Shown here: in pieces, positions 20,408-30,675 of the stretch
How the letters are laid out: each line of letters starts with the position of its first letter
Numbering within the stretch: position 1 is the stretch's first letter
DNA from: Patescibacteria group bacterium
Lineage (GTDB): Bacteria > Patescibacteriota > Patescibacteriia > UBA10025 > JAHIVO01
Direction: 5' to 3'
Assembly: GCA_041660605.1 (NCBI GenBank)
Contig: JBAZWB010000003.1
Coordinates: 82,680-146,679, forward strand
Length of the DNA stretch: 64,000 nucleotides
Program-made: the position numbers and the translations under genes
The notes under the pieces: generated by a model
The model's input: only the letters and a program-made list of their open reading frames with translations
Told to the model about the DNA's origin: nothing
The model's database searches: none

Positions 20408-21553
20408 ATGGAAAGAACTCCAGCCCAGCAATCAATAGAATTGATTGAGAAAAGCAAGAATATAATTATTGCTCTGCCCAGCATTCCCTCGACTGACGCC
20501 GTCGCTGCCGGTTTGGGTTTGTTTTTAGCCCTGGAAAAAATCGGGAAAAAAGTAAAAGTAGTCTGTAGTGATTTCAGCCTCCCTCCTTCCCACCAGTTTC
20601 TGCCGAAGAGCAAGGAAATCCATACCGACCTGACGGTTTTGCGTAAATTTATAATCTCGCTTGATCTATCCAGGACCCGTGTCCAGGAATTGAGCTACAA
20701 TATCAGCCAGGACAGCAAACTGGATATTTTTATCACGCCAAAAGGCGGTTTTTTTGAAGAGAGAGACGTCACCACTTCCGCCTCGTCATATGAGTATGAT
20801 TTGATCGTAGTCCTGGATGCCCCGGAACTTGAGACGTTGGGGAAAGTATATGACGATAATACTGATTTTTTCTATCATACCCCCATCGTCAACATCGACC
20901 ACAATCCGGCCAATGAATATTTCGGAGAAATAAACGTCGTTGACCTGGTGGCCACTTCGACTTCAGAAATAGTTTTCGAATTATTCAGGGGCTTTAAGGA
21001 AAAATTATTGGATGAATATATCGCCACTAGCCTTTTGACCGGCATCATTTCCAAAACCAAAAGCTTCCAGAGCAACAACGTCACTCCGAAATCGCTGGCC
21101 ATCAGCAGCCATTTGATAGAAAATGGCGCCCGGCGGGACGATATCATAAAAAATTTGTACCGAACCAAATCTATCAACACTTTGAAGCTCTGGGGCAGGG
21201 CTTTAGCCAGGCTGAAAACCGATGCTGAAGGGCAGGTTGTCTGGACTTTGCTGAATAAGCAGGATTTCCAGAAGTCTGGCGCCGGCGCCAGTGATTTAGA
21301 GGGTGTGATTGACGAGCTGATCATCAATACGCCAAAAGCGGAAATTATCATGGTTATTTATGAAAGCAACCATGGAGTGGAAGTAATCGTCAATACGTCC
21401 AGAGCGATTGACGGCGCCGCGTTGTTCAAGGAGTTTCATCCCACTGGGACAAGAAATTTCACCAAATTCTTTATTGCCAATGCTGATCTGTTATCTGTTG
21501 AGCAGAGGGTGCTGATTATCGCCAAGGGGTATATGCAGGGTAAAATCAGCTAA
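20408..21553 (+). CDS. DHH/DHHA1 family phosphoesterase (NrnA-like)
   Basis: 381 aa with a DHH-family layout. DHN variant of motif III and a C-terminal DHHA1-like region. Confidence 0.65.
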   Translation: MERTPAQQSIELIEKSKNIIIALPSIPSTDAVAAGLGLFLALEKIGKKVKVVCSDFSLPPSHQFLPKSKEIHTDLTVLRKFIISLDLSRTRVQELSYNISQDSKLDIFITPKGGFFEERDVTTSASSYEYDLIVVLDAPELETLGKVYDDNTDFFYHTPIVNIDHNPANEYFGEINVVDLVATSTSEIVFELFRGFKEKLLDEYIATSLLTGIISKTKSFQSNNVTPKSLAISSHLIENGARRDDIIKNLYRTKSINTLKLWGRALARLKTDAEGQVVWTLLNKQDFQKSGAGASDLEGVIDELIINTPKAEIIMVIYESNHGVEVIVNTSRAIDGAALFKEFHPTGTRNFTKFFIANADLLSVEQRVLIIAKGYMQGKIS

Positions 21554-21575
21554 ACAAAAAAAACGGTAAAAAAGC

Positions 21576-21600
21576 CCGATAAATGGGGCTTTTTGTTTTT
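21576..21600 (+). terminator. rho-independent terminator
   Basis: agcccgataaatggggct stem-loop followed by ttttgttttt. Confidence 0.5.
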
Positions 21601-21668
21601 ACCCACGCACCAGAACGCCATGGGCATAAACCCGTGGATGAATGGCTGCCCCGTAAATTTACGGGGCG

Positions 21669-23501
21669 GTGTGGGGTTCCACTAAATGGTCATTGTCTGA
21701 TATAATGCCTGATATGGACGGTGATCAAGAAAAAATTTCAGGTAATGGCATTATCGGCCGGGCGCCCGGCTTGAATGATCGCATTCAAATCAGCTCGGAT
21801 GAAGTTGAGGAAAAATTGCACGAGAAGATGAAGGAGCTTGACGAGAAGAGGAAAGAAGAAGCGATCCGCAGCCAGGCAGCGCAAGCCGGAGCCAATTATA
21901 TCTTTTTAAAAGGTTTTCCGATTTCTCCGGAAGCCCTGATTATGATACGCGAGGAGCAAGCCAGCGAGCTGAAATTAGTGTGTTTTTTAAAAACTGACAA
22001 CGAATTTCGTTTAGGGACGGTCAACCCCTCCAACCCCAAGGTAATGGAGATATTGAGAGATCTGGAAAGAGATACCAAAAGCCACGGAGAAGTTTATCAG
22101 ATTTCCGAATTAAGCCTGGCGGCGGCCATGAAATTGTATGCCACCATACCGAAACTGCGAAAATATGAGGGCGGCGTGGAAATTACCGCGAGCGATCTGG
22201 AGCATTTTAAAAATGAGATACGCTCTTTCAGGGATTTGGGGGAGAAAATTCAGCATGTTTCCATGACTGACATGCTGGTCCTGGTGCTGGCCAGCGCCAT
22301 CAAGTCTGACGCCTCGGATGTGCATATTGAGGCGGAGCAGGATGACATCAAGATTCGTTTCCGCATTGACGGTTTTTTGCATGACGTGGCGGTCATAGAC
22401 AAAAAGCTGTGGCAGAAAATCATCAACCGCATAAAATTAACGGCCAAGCTCAAAATTAACATAGCTGATATTCCCCAGGATGGGCGTTTCAGCATTTATT
22501 TGAAAGAAGAATTCATAGACGTGCGTGTTTCCACGGTGCCAACCTCATACGGAGAAAGCGTAGTGATGAGGCTTTTGATGTCGTCAGCCACGGCTTTTAA
22601 TCTGGAAGATTTGGGGCTCACCGGGCTGGCTTATGAAAGGCTGAAGAAGGAAATTGAGCGTCCTAATGGCATGATTTTGAATACCGGCCCCACCGGTTCC
22701 GGCAAAACCACCACGCTTTACGCAGTTTTGAAAAAACTCAACAAGCCGGAATCAAAAGTCATCACTCTGGAAAATCCCATTGAGTACCGGTTAAAAGGCG
22801 TGATCCAGAGCCAGGTGGAAACCACCGATCTGGCAGAGGAAGGCAAGGAGTCCGCGGCTCTGACAGGCACCAGCGGCCGTAAGAGGCATTTTACCTACGC
22901 TATTGCCCTGAAATCCGTTTTGCGCCAGGATCCGGACGTGGTGATGATCGGAGAAATTCGCGACAAGGAGACGGCGGAAATCGCCATCCAGGCGTCATTA
23001 ACCGGCCATCTGATGCTCTCCACCCTGCACACAAATTCCGCCGCCGGCGCTATCCCCCGACTGCTGTCTATGGAAGCCAAGCCGTTTTTACTGGCTCCGT
23101 CGTTGAATATGGTTATCGGCCAGCGCTTAGTCCGCAAAAATTGCGAATACTGTAAAATAGAGTATAAAATTTCCGACGACATACGGGAGAGGATCATCAA
23201 AGTTTTGGATTCATTGCCGCCGGGCGAATTAGCGAAAGTTGATAAAAATAACATTAAATTATTCAAAGGCCAGGGCTGCGATAAATGCAATAAGATAGGC
23301 TATAAAGGGCGGCTTGGTATTTTTGAGATATTGACCATGAATGAAGACATCCAGAATTTAATTTTGGAGGGGCATATCGCGGAAACGCAAATCAAGGAAG
23401 CTGCCAAAAAAAATAACTTCATTACCATGGTGCAGGACGGGATAATGAAGGCGCTCCAAGGCAAGACCACCCCGGATGAAGTGTTCAGGGTGATTGAATA
23501 G
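21669..23501 (+). CDS. type IV pilus assembly / type II secretion ATPase (PilB/GspE family)
   Basis: Walker A GPTGSGKTTT, GSPII_E N-terminal domain, C-terminal zinc-finger cysteines. The annotated GTG start is uncertain; an alternative ATG lies at 21705. Confidence 0.85.
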   Translation: MWGSTKWSLSDIMPDMDGDQEKISGNGIIGRAPGLNDRIQISSDEVEEKLHEKMKELDEKRKEEAIRSQAAQAGANYIFLKGFPISPEALIMIREEQASELKLVCFLKTDNEFRLGTVNPSNPKVMEILRDLERDTKSHGEVYQISELSLAAAMKLYATIPKLRKYEGGVEITASDLEHFKNEIRSFRDLGEKIQHVSMTDMLVLVLASAIKSDASDVHIEAEQDDIKIRFRIDGFLHDVAVIDKKLWQKIINRIKLTAKLKINIADIPQDGRFSIYLKEEFIDVRVSTVPTSYGESVVMRLLMSSATAFNLEDLGLTGLAYERLKKEIERPNGMILNTGPTGSGKTTTLYAVLKKLNKPESKVITLENPIEYRLKGVIQSQVETTDLAEEGKESAALTGTSGRKRHFTYAIALKSVLRQDPDVVMIGEIRDKETAEIAIQASLTGHLMLSTLHTNSAAGAIPRLLSMEAKPFLLAPSLNMVIGQRLVRKNCEYCKIEYKISDDIRERIIKVLDSLPPGELAKVDKNNIKLFKGQGCDKCNKIGYKGRLGIFEILTMNEDIQNLILEGHIAETQIKEAAKKNNFITMVQDGIMKALQGKTTPDEVFRVIE

Positions 23502-23569
23502 AGAATTGCGAGCTATAAACCTTTAACCAAGAGCTATTATGTTATTCAATTTACAATTAATTCAATAAT

Positions 23570-23794
23570 ATGAGGGCAGAGACAGGGTTTGATCCGGAAC
23601 AACTTGAAAAGATTAAAAGAATGGCTGCGCCAGCCGCGGCTAGAGCAACTGAAGCTAGGCAAATGAAGAAAGGGGAAAATATTGAAATACGTGCAGAAAG
23701 TCGACGCCAGAGAGATTTTCGTAAAAGTTCGCCATATTCCAGTTCAGACGTTAGAATAGCTAACCAAGCTAAATACAGAAGAACAGTCCATTAA
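23570..23794 (+). CDS. hypothetical small basic protein
   Basis: 74 aa, Arg/Lys-rich, no SD. Weak. Confidence 0.2.
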   Translation: MRAETGFDPEQLEKIKRMAAPAAARATEARQMKKGENIEIRAESRRQRDFRKSSPYSSSDVRIANQAKYRRTVH

Positions 23795-23814
23795 GTGAAG
23801 TTTAAAACCGTGGC

Positions 23815-26334
23815 TTAGAGCAGCTTTTTCAGCCGTTCTTTCTGCTCTTTCAGTTTTTCCTGCTCTTTGGCGACTATCTCTTTCGGCGCTTTATCAGTGA
23901 AATTTTTATTGGCCAGTTTTTGCTCCAGCTGCTGGATGTATTGGGAGATTTTTTCAATCTCTTTTTTGATTTTTTTATCGTCGTGCCGGTAATCAATGAA
24001 GTAATCAAGGCCGGACAGGGAGCCGGTGGCTTTCAGCTGTTTTTTGTTTTCCAGATTTTCAATTCTGGCCAGTGATTTCACAATTTCTAAGTTTTTACTA
24101 ACCAAACCGGCCCGTTCCCCCCAGAAATAAGCAGAGATTTTTTCAGAGAGCGCGATTTTGTGTTCCGCCCGGAAATTTCTAGCGCCAATTATAAAATCTT
24201 TAAGCGAAGTAAATTCTTTTTCTGCCTCTGGATCAGCAAAAGTTTTTTCGTAAGTCGGCCACGGCTGGATAATCAGCATTTTTGATTTTTCCGTGCCATG
24301 CCAACGAGACCAAATTTCTTCCGTGACGAATGGCATGAAAGGATGCGCCAGTTTAATGACCGTTTCCAGGACATAATGCAGGATGGAGGTATTCTGTTTT
24401 ATTTTGGTGGCTTCCAGGTACCAATCGGCAAATTCGTGCCATAAAAATTCGTAGATCAGCGTGCCGGCTTCCGAGAACTGATAGCCGTCCAGATATTCCG
24501 TGGCCTGTTTGGTGACAGTCTGCAAGCGGCTTAATATCCACTGATCAGCCAGGTTTTTAGCAGTCGGTTCTTTGACCGGACCGGCGGCCTGAGAGAGTAT
24601 ATAGCGTGAAACATTCCAAAGTTTGTTGATAAAATTGCGATAGCCGGCGATCTTCTCTTCGTAAAGGCGGAAATCCTGGCCAGGCGACGTGCCCAATACT
24701 AGCGACAAGCGGATAGCATCCGTACCGTATTTTTCCGTCATAGGGATCGGATCGACGCCAGTGCCTTTTGATTTGGACATTTTTTTGCCCTGCCTGTCGA
24801 GAACCAAGCCGTGCAAATACACTGTTTTGAAGGGTACCTGCCCGGTGTGATACAAGCTCATCATGATCATGCGCGCTACCCAGAAAAAGAGGATGTCCCA
24901 GCTGGTTTCCATGACCGAAGTGGGATGGAAGGTTTTGAAGTCTTTGGTTTTTTCCGGCCAGCCCAGGGTGGAAAAAGTCCACAAGCCGGAGGAAAACCAG
25001 GTATCCAGAGTGTCAGGGTCCTGCGTCCAGCCTTCGCCGGGCTTATCAACCGAAGCCTTTATTTTATCGTCTTTATACCAGACCGGTATCTGATGCCCCC
25101 ACCAAAGCTGGCGGGAGATGCACCAGTCTTTTATATTATTCATCCAGTGAAAGTAAATTTTTTCATATCTCTGCGGAATGATTTTAATTTTACCGCTGGT
25201 GACGGCTTTGATGGCCGGCTTGGCCAGTTTTTTTATATCCACAAACCACTGTTTGGAGATCAGGGGTTCTATCGGCGTGCCGCATCTTTCGCACCTGGCC
25301 AGGTTGTGTATATAATCTACGGTGTTATCCAAGAGCTCATCTTCCTCCAGCCGTTTCAGAATGCTGTGGCGGGCCTCCTGTACGCTTTGGCCATAAAATT
25401 CTCCGGCTTGTTTGGTCAGGCGGTTGTCAGGCCCGATAATATTTATTATGGCTAGCTTGTGATCCTGGGCGATTTCATAATCAAGATGGTCGTGTGCCGG
25501 AGTAACCTTCACTGCTCCGGTACCGAAAGACTGGTCAACGCGCCGGTCGGCGATGATGGGTATTTCCCGGTTCATAATCGGCAATAAAACAGTTTTACCG
25601 ATGTATTTTTCGTAACGCTTATCATTTGGATTGACCGCCACGGCTGTGTCGCCCAGCATGGTCTCCGGCCGGGTTGTCGCCACCACCAGGTATTTAGTGC
25701 TGCCAAAAAGCGGGTAGCGCAGATACCACAGCTTGCTGGAAGTTTCCTGGTGTTTAACCTCGAGATCAGAAAGGGCGGAAGCGCAGCGCGGACACCAATT
25801 GACTATCCTCTGGCCGCGGTAGATCAGCTTGTCTTTGAACATTTTTATAAAAGCCTCCTGCACCGCCTTGGTCAGCGTGGCGTCCATGGTGAAGTGCTCG
25901 CGCGACCAGTCGCAGGAAGCGCCGATTTGCCTGGTCTGCTCGGTAATGCGAGAACCGTATTTCTTTTTCCACTGCCAGACGCGCTGGAGGAATTTATCCC
26001 GCCCCAGCTTGTGCCGGTCCAGGCCTTCTTTGGTAATCAGCCGCTCAACCATGACCTGGGTGGAGATGCCGGCATGGTCGGTGCCCGGCAGCCAGAGCGT
26101 TTTGTCCCCTAGCATCCGGTGGTAGCGGGTGAGAATGTCTTGGACAGTGAAACCGACTGCGTGTCCGAGGTGCAGCTCGCCGGTGACATTTGATGGCGGC
26201 ATGGAAATACTGAAAACTTTTTTGCGCTTGCCCGGCAGGTTATTGGGATTAAAATAGCCGGATTTTTCCCAGGCCTGGTAAATCCTTTTTTCGATGTTTT
26301 GCGGTTGATAGGCTTTTTCCAGTTCTTTCTTCAT
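23815..26334 (-). CDS. valS: valine--tRNA ligase
   Basis: HIGH motif PPSNVTGELHLGHA, KMSKS motif KMSKSKGTG, editing domain, C-terminal coiled coil. 839 aa. Confidence 0.92.
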   Translation of the reverse strand: MKKELEKAYQPQNIEKRIYQAWEKSGYFNPNNLPGKRKKVFSISMPPSNVTGELHLGHAVGFTVQDILTRYHRMLGDKTLWLPGTDHAGISTQVMVERLITKEGLDRHKLGRDKFLQRVWQWKKKYGSRITEQTRQIGASCDWSREHFTMDATLTKAVQEAFIKMFKDKLIYRGQRIVNWCPRCASALSDLEVKHQETSSKLWYLRYPLFGSTKYLVVATTRPETMLGDTAVAVNPNDKRYEKYIGKTVLLPIMNREIPIIADRRVDQSFGTGAVKVTPAHDHLDYEIAQDHKLAIINIIGPDNRLTKQAGEFYGQSVQEARHSILKRLEEDELLDNTVDYIHNLARCERCGTPIEPLISKQWFVDIKKLAKPAIKAVTSGKIKIIPQRYEKIYFHWMNNIKDWCISRQLWWGHQIPVWYKDDKIKASVDKPGEGWTQDPDTLDTWFSSGLWTFSTLGWPEKTKDFKTFHPTSVMETSWDILFFWVARMIMMSLYHTGQVPFKTVYLHGLVLDRQGKKMSKSKGTGVDPIPMTEKYGTDAIRLSLVLGTSPGQDFRLYEEKIAGYRNFINKLWNVSRYILSQAAGPVKEPTAKNLADQWILSRLQTVTKQATEYLDGYQFSEAGTLIYEFLWHEFADWYLEATKIKQNTSILHYVLETVIKLAHPFMPFVTEEIWSRWHGTEKSKMLIIQPWPTYEKTFADPEAEKEFTSLKDFIIGARNFRAEHKIALSEKISAYFWGERAGLVSKNLEIVKSLARIENLENKKQLKATGSLSGLDYFIDYRHDDKKIKKEIEKISQYIQQLEQKLANKNFTDKAPKEIVAKEQEKLKEQKERLKKLL

Positions 26335-26594
26335 AATTTAATAATTGTAGCTGATTAAACGGTTTTTTCCCAGTGCTTGGCGCCGGTAGTGATAATCATT
26401 TAGCTCAATAATACATTTTAATTATACTGCTCGTTCATTGGTTTGGAAAGTTAAACTGGAAGGTAATAATATGACTTGAAATAAACTAACCATCCTGGTT
26501 GAGATTTGTAGAGTTGACAAATTTGCCAATAATAGATAAGTTAGGATAAAGTAATTGTTTTGGAAAATAGAAACTTTCACTTACGGAGGGTAAG

Positions 26595-27140
26595 ATGGAA
26601 CCTATTAGAAGTATTGTGGTATCTGGCGAAGAGGTTGCTTTTCCAGAGGTCGGGGCAATGCCCAAAGCGCCGGAAATCAAGGTTTTACCGGGTGAGTATC
26701 CGGCAGAGGTCATTGCCAATCCTGGGGGCAAACAGTTACAGCCATTCGTCATTATCAATGTGGCCGGCAAAAAGCTGGGCATGACTGAGGCAGGATGGAT
26801 GACGCGAGCCAACAGGCCGGGGGCGGGGTTCTCATTGACCCTGCCTAATATTACTTCCATTGGGATCCTCAAGGCTGAAATTGCGTTGCCGGTGGTTAGG
26901 TGGGTACTAGCTAGCGGAGAGGCAAAGAAGGACGCTGCGGTTGTGTTTTGCCCGCGGGAAGCCGCCTATACAGCGATTTACGAAAGCGACCCAGGCGGAG
27001 CAGAAAAGCCTCAGCTGGTTACCATAGAAGACTTAGTAACCAGCGCCGATAAACCTAACGAGCGGGTGACCGTCGGCATGACCGCCCTAGAGTGGTTCTT
27101 GCGCGCCAGAGGCAATCCCAAAATTCTCTTAGCATACTAA
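26595..27140 (+). CDS. hypothetical protein (GC-rich island)
   Basis: 181 aa. SD GGAGGG, own terminator at 27164-27198. No family recognised. Confidence 0.5.
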   Translation: MEPIRSIVVSGEEVAFPEVGAMPKAPEIKVLPGEYPAEVIANPGGKQLQPFVIINVAGKKLGMTEAGWMTRANRPGAGFSLTLPNITSIGILKAEIALPVVRWVLASGEAKKDAAVVFCPREAAYTAIYESDPGGAEKPQLVTIEDLVTSADKPNERVTVGMTALEWFLRARGNPKILLAY

Positions 27141-27163
27141 GTATCCGAAAACAGCTTATATCA

Positions 27164-27198
27164 AGCTGTCCAGAGCCGTGAGGTTTACCCCGCGGCTT
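27164..27198 (+). terminator. rho-independent terminator
   Basis: agccgtgaggtttaccccgcggct followed by a T-run. Confidence 0.45.
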
Positions 27199-27297
27199 TT
27201 TTATAAGCAAGGTTGTTTTGCTTGATTTATTTTATATTATAGTTTAGGATATTTAGAAGTGAAAATAATGAAAAAAGTGCATTAAAGAGGACGTTTA

Positions 27298-27516
27298 ATG
27301 GACATAAGACCAAACGACGATCAGAATCCCGCTGCCGATGATATGACTGCAGAACAGGCAAGCTGTGAGCATGAGGGGATTAATCACTGCGGAAAGTGCG
27401 GCTTTCATATGAGCGACAAAGTTCTGCCAGGAAGGCAACACGAAGCCACCGGGCATCCTATTATGAAAGCACAAGGGAAGAAGTTTTGCACCATTTGCGG
27501 CAAGCCGCTCAACTAA
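27298..27516 (+). CDS. zinc-ribbon small protein
   Basis: 72 aa with two CxxC pairs (CGKCG, CTICG). SD AAGAGGA. Terminator at 27524-27570. Confidence 0.45.
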   Translation: MDIRPNDDQNPAADDMTAEQASCEHEGINHCGKCGFHMSDKVLPGRQHEATGHPIMKAQGKKFCTICGKPLN

Positions 27517-27523
27517 ACGGAGG

Positions 27524-27570
27524 ATGAACATTCAGACGGCTCACGATTCAATGAATCGCGAGCCGCTTTT
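27524..27570 (+). terminator. rho-independent terminator
   Basis: cggctcacgattcaatgaatcgcgagccg stem followed by ctttttttatt. Confidence 0.5.
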
Positions 27571-27631
27571 TTTATTTGAATATTTATTTTCGTCTGTCCC
27601 GCCCCAGAATAAATGAGGTAAAAAAATTTCC

Positions 27632-27665
27632 CCAGGAATCCGTAGCAGGACCCCTGGGGTGATTT
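27632..27665 (-). terminator. rho-independent terminator for the 424-aa minus-strand gene
   Basis: ccccaggggtcctgctacggattcctgggg stem with a T-run on the minus strand. Confidence 0.45.
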
Positions 27666-27702
27666 TATTGTGTTAACTTATTAATACGAAAGAACGTGCT
27701 GT

Positions 27703-28977
27703 CTAGCCCTTAAGCCAGTCTGCCCAACCTTCTTCAGTCGGAGGCTGGCGCAGAATACTCCTGATGATCTGCAAGACGGTCTCCACGCTCAAGCAAGTCA
27801 CCGGGACGTTTGGCAGGGTAAACGATCCGTTCGCGAGCATAGTCGGCGTATGCCCGTTGGTCTGGTAGAACCAGGCCGGACAACCTGCCAGCAGGCCGGC
27901 TTTTGCCAACTGTTCAAAGCTGAAATCAGCCTGAGCGCCAGCCGAATGCATTTCCTCCAGACGGATAGCCCGCGTGATCATCTGCATGTAGCGCGGATCC
28001 AGCTGGCTCATGCCGATGATTTGAATGTGTCCGGTCGCGCGCTGGACGACCAATAAATCCAAGTTCAGATCCAGATAGCGAGCGGCTGCTGTCAGACAGC
28101 GGTTGTTCATCGGATTTCTCTGGCTATCAACGGCCAGGACGGTGATGTCGCCGTCAGGTAAAAACTGATGGCAGCCAGTTGTTCTCGGAGTTAGCTTCTT
28201 GAGAATGTTGACTGCCGCCACAAAGTCCTGCTGGTGCCGGACAGCGGCGTTAAACACCGGCGCGATCCAGTTATACGCCGCTTCCTGGCCGTTAGCGGAA
28301 GTAGCGCACAGAAGGGCCACGCCTTCAGCGAGGTTCAGGATTCTTGACGGCTGAGACTGTCCAGCCGCATTGACCATGCGCTTCAGCTGGTCCAGAGCGG
28401 CCAGTTCGGGCGTTTTTTCCCTTAACCACCTATGATACAGGGAATCAAGAATGCGGGCACCCCGGTCAATTATAGGGAAGACCAGACCGGTTTCCTGATG
28501 GCCGCTGGCTGGCTGATGAGGTCGGATAGTCAGCTCCGGATTGAAAAAGGCGTCAAAGAAGACGTTCAACCAGGACTCTATCTGCCAAGGTTCCCAGCCG
28601 ACATGCGTCAGCAGATACACGCAGTGCCCGAGGTTAAGCGGCGAAGACTTGCCGGTAGTGGCGGTATTGGCCAGGTCTACCAGCATCTTCACCTTGCGGT
28701 TTGAACTAGTGTCAGTGAGGTCGGCAATGGTCGCAGCCACGGGCTGTCCTACGTTTTCCTCGCCGATGCCCAGCCACAACTGTCCGTAGTGCCGGAAGTA
28801 GAGTGAAGTACTCATTTTTTGTGGCCGACTGCCGTCGCGCGGGGCGATCAGCGCCGTCTTAATTCCCGGCCAAATGCCATCACCAAAACGGCGGGCAATT
28901 TCTAAGCCGAGGTAATCATCAATCCTCGGTTCAGTAAAAGTCACCACTTTTTTGGCTATCGTGTTTTGCAAAGTCAT
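27703..28977 (-). CDS. hypothetical protein (424 aa, GC-rich island)
   Basis: Trimmed to the ATG (MTLQN) preceded by AAGGAGAGG. No recognised domain. Confidence 0.55.
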   Translation of the reverse strand: MTLQNTIAKKVVTFTEPRIDDYLGLEIARRFGDGIWPGIKTALIAPRDGSRPQKMSTSLYFRHYGQLWLGIGEENVGQPVAATIADLTDTSSNRKVKMLVDLANTATTGKSSPLNLGHCVYLLTHVGWEPWQIESWLNVFFDAFFNPELTIRPHQPASGHQETGLVFPIIDRGARILDSLYHRWLREKTPELAALDQLKRMVNAAGQSQPSRILNLAEGVALLCATSANGQEAAYNWIAPVFNAAVRHQQDFVAAVNILKKLTPRTTGCHQFLPDGDITVLAVDSQRNPMNNRCLTAAARYLDLNLDLLVVQRATGHIQIIGMSQLDPRYMQMITRAIRLEEMHSAGAQADFSFEQLAKAGLLAGCPAWFYQTNGHTPTMLANGSFTLPNVPVTCLSVETVLQIIRSILRQPPTEEGWADWLKG

Positions 28978-29262
28978 ACGCCTCTCCTTGCGTTTGACGT
29001 TTCCGGTTTCCCAGTGCAAACTCAACTATGTTTTATCATAGCTAAGCCACTGGCGTTCTTTGGCTACATCCACTTTTTTTAATGAGCAGGGTAGCCAGCT
29101 AGACTATCATACTTTTGGCTGACTGTCAAGGCCTAATCTGAATAAGGATCAGTAATGTTGTTGTTTTGCTCTTTTTGCGTATGGTGTTGGATTTTTAATA
29201 TCATGCTGATGGGCGAGACGGTTGTTTTCTGGGGTACTAAGAGATAGCGCAACTAATAAGAG

Positions 29263-29292
29263 CGCCAGGAATATTGGCGCTTCATTTTTTAT
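29263..29292 (+). terminator. orphan plus-strand terminator
   Basis: gcgccaggaatattggcgc followed by ttcattttttatt. No annotated plus-strand gene upstream. Confidence 0.35.
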
Positions 29293-29340
29293 TATCCTTT
29301 GCAGTGTTTTTGATTATTTATGCTAACAGGAGCTTTTTAT

Positions 29341-30141
29341 TTAGATCGTTAGTTTCAATCCATCCCGCCCCATTATAAAACCTTTATTTGTACGACAGAA
29401 TTTTTTAGCATAAGCTAGAAGCCGCGGCTGTACGTGCACCAGCAGTGTTTTTTTCGCCTGTGCCTGACTAGCCACCGTTTTTACCTGTTGGAGAGTGAAG
29501 TGGTTAGCCGTTGGTTGGATAGAAGCACCCTCAATAATCAGCAGATCGGTTTCTTTTACTTCTTTAATTAATTCCGTGATGTTTTGCCGCGAACCCAGGT
29601 CTCCGGTATAGACAATTTTTTTACCACCCAGCGTGAGTGTGGCGCCGACAGAGGGAAACCACCTGACATGCCTGACCGGAAAGGCTTTGAGTGCCAGTTT
29701 GTTAAACTTAAAATTGCCCGAGCCCTCTTTAAATGTCAAAGGGTAAAATTCTTCCGGTTCCGGCCAAAAAATTTTGCGCCACTGCCTGTATCTTTTATTA
29801 ATGCCCCGCGGGCCGACAAACAGCAGTTTTTTATGTTTCCGATGGCGGTAGGCGTCATCCACCCAGCGGCTGTGCACCAGACTGAAAGCATCGCCGAAAT
29901 GGTCGGTGTGGAAGTGGGAAATGAAAACAACATCAATATCCTGGATATTATACCCGGTATCGGTTAAGCGTCGGATAGTGCCGTGCCCGGCGTCAAGCAG
30001 GATTTTTTTATTTGCCGTTTCCACCAGGAAGCCGGCCGGGTTACTGGTTTTAGTCGGCACCATAGTGCCGCAGCCGAGAATGGTGAGTTTTATCTTTGGC
30101 ATAGGTTTGTAGTTGAAGTGAATTGCTTCCCGTATGTTCAA
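29341..30141 (-). CDS. MBL-fold metallo-hydrolase
   Basis: The HFHTDHFGD motif (HxHxDH) is typical of RNase Z/ElaC-like beta-lactamase-fold enzymes. Confidence 0.8.
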   Translation of the reverse strand: MNIREAIHFNYKPMPKIKLTILGCGTMVPTKTSNPAGFLVETANKKILLDAGHGTIRRLTDTGYNIQDIDVVFISHFHTDHFGDAFSLVHSRWVDDAYRHRKHKKLLFVGPRGINKRYRQWRKIFWPEPEEFYPLTFKEGSGNFKFNKLALKAFPVRHVRWFPSVGATLTLGGKKIVYTGDLGSRQNITELIKEVKETDLLIIEGASIQPTANHFTLQQVKTVASQAQAKKTLLVHVQPRLLAYAKKFCRTNKGFIMGRDGLKLTI

Positions 30142-30261
30142 GTATTGTAATTATACCTTTTCAAAAATGTTATTAAAAGTGATGCGTATTAATTTGACTA
30201 GAACGAGAATGTAGCCTAAAATAAGCGCAGCAAAATAACACAAAAGCCCAGGAGGTTAATA

Positions 30262-30675
30262 ATGTACATTTCTAGCATTGGTGAAATCACTAATGATGTA
30301 ATCACTGAGTTGGACCGGGCAATATTAAGATTGCAAGCACAATTGATTGCCAAGGGTTCACAGCGCATTGAGGAAGTGCGCAAAGAATTACGCGCGCAGG
30401 CGCAGGTTGCTATTAACCTGGATGAATTGCGCGATTCAAAGGGCAGTATGTTTGTTATGCCCGGTCAAAGGAACAGTGACGGGTATATGGAAGCCACTTC
30501 ACAGAATCAAGAGAAAGCGTATCGCTGTCCGTCAGGATGTGGCTGGGTTAAAGGCGCTCCTGAGAAGCAGCCATATGATGATTTTCACGGCGGAACCTGC
30601 GGATCGTCAGGCGTAGAATACTCTTGCGTTATTTGCCAGCAGAAAATTGGGCGAAAGGTTCTTGTACAATCATAA
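30262..30675 (+). CDS. hypothetical protein with Cys-rich C-terminus
   Basis: 137 aa. Coiled-coil N-terminus. The C-terminus has CPSGCGW...CGSSG...CVICQ. Confidence 0.4.
   Translation: MYISSIGEITNDVITELDRAILRLQAQLIAKGSQRIEEVRKELRAQAQVAINLDELRDSKGSMFVMPGQRNSDGYMEATSQNQEKAYRCPSGCGWVKGAPEKQPYDDFHGGTCGSSGVEYSCVICQQKIGRKVLVQS

Noticed and set aside
24353-25455. Several 60-214-aa ORFs on both strands inside valS (e.g. 24811-25455 +, 24557-24982 -)
   Set aside because: These are shadow ORFs inside a well-supported 839-aa valS reading frame. They are Gly/Arg/Pro-rich, as expected from antisense GC-rich coding DNA.
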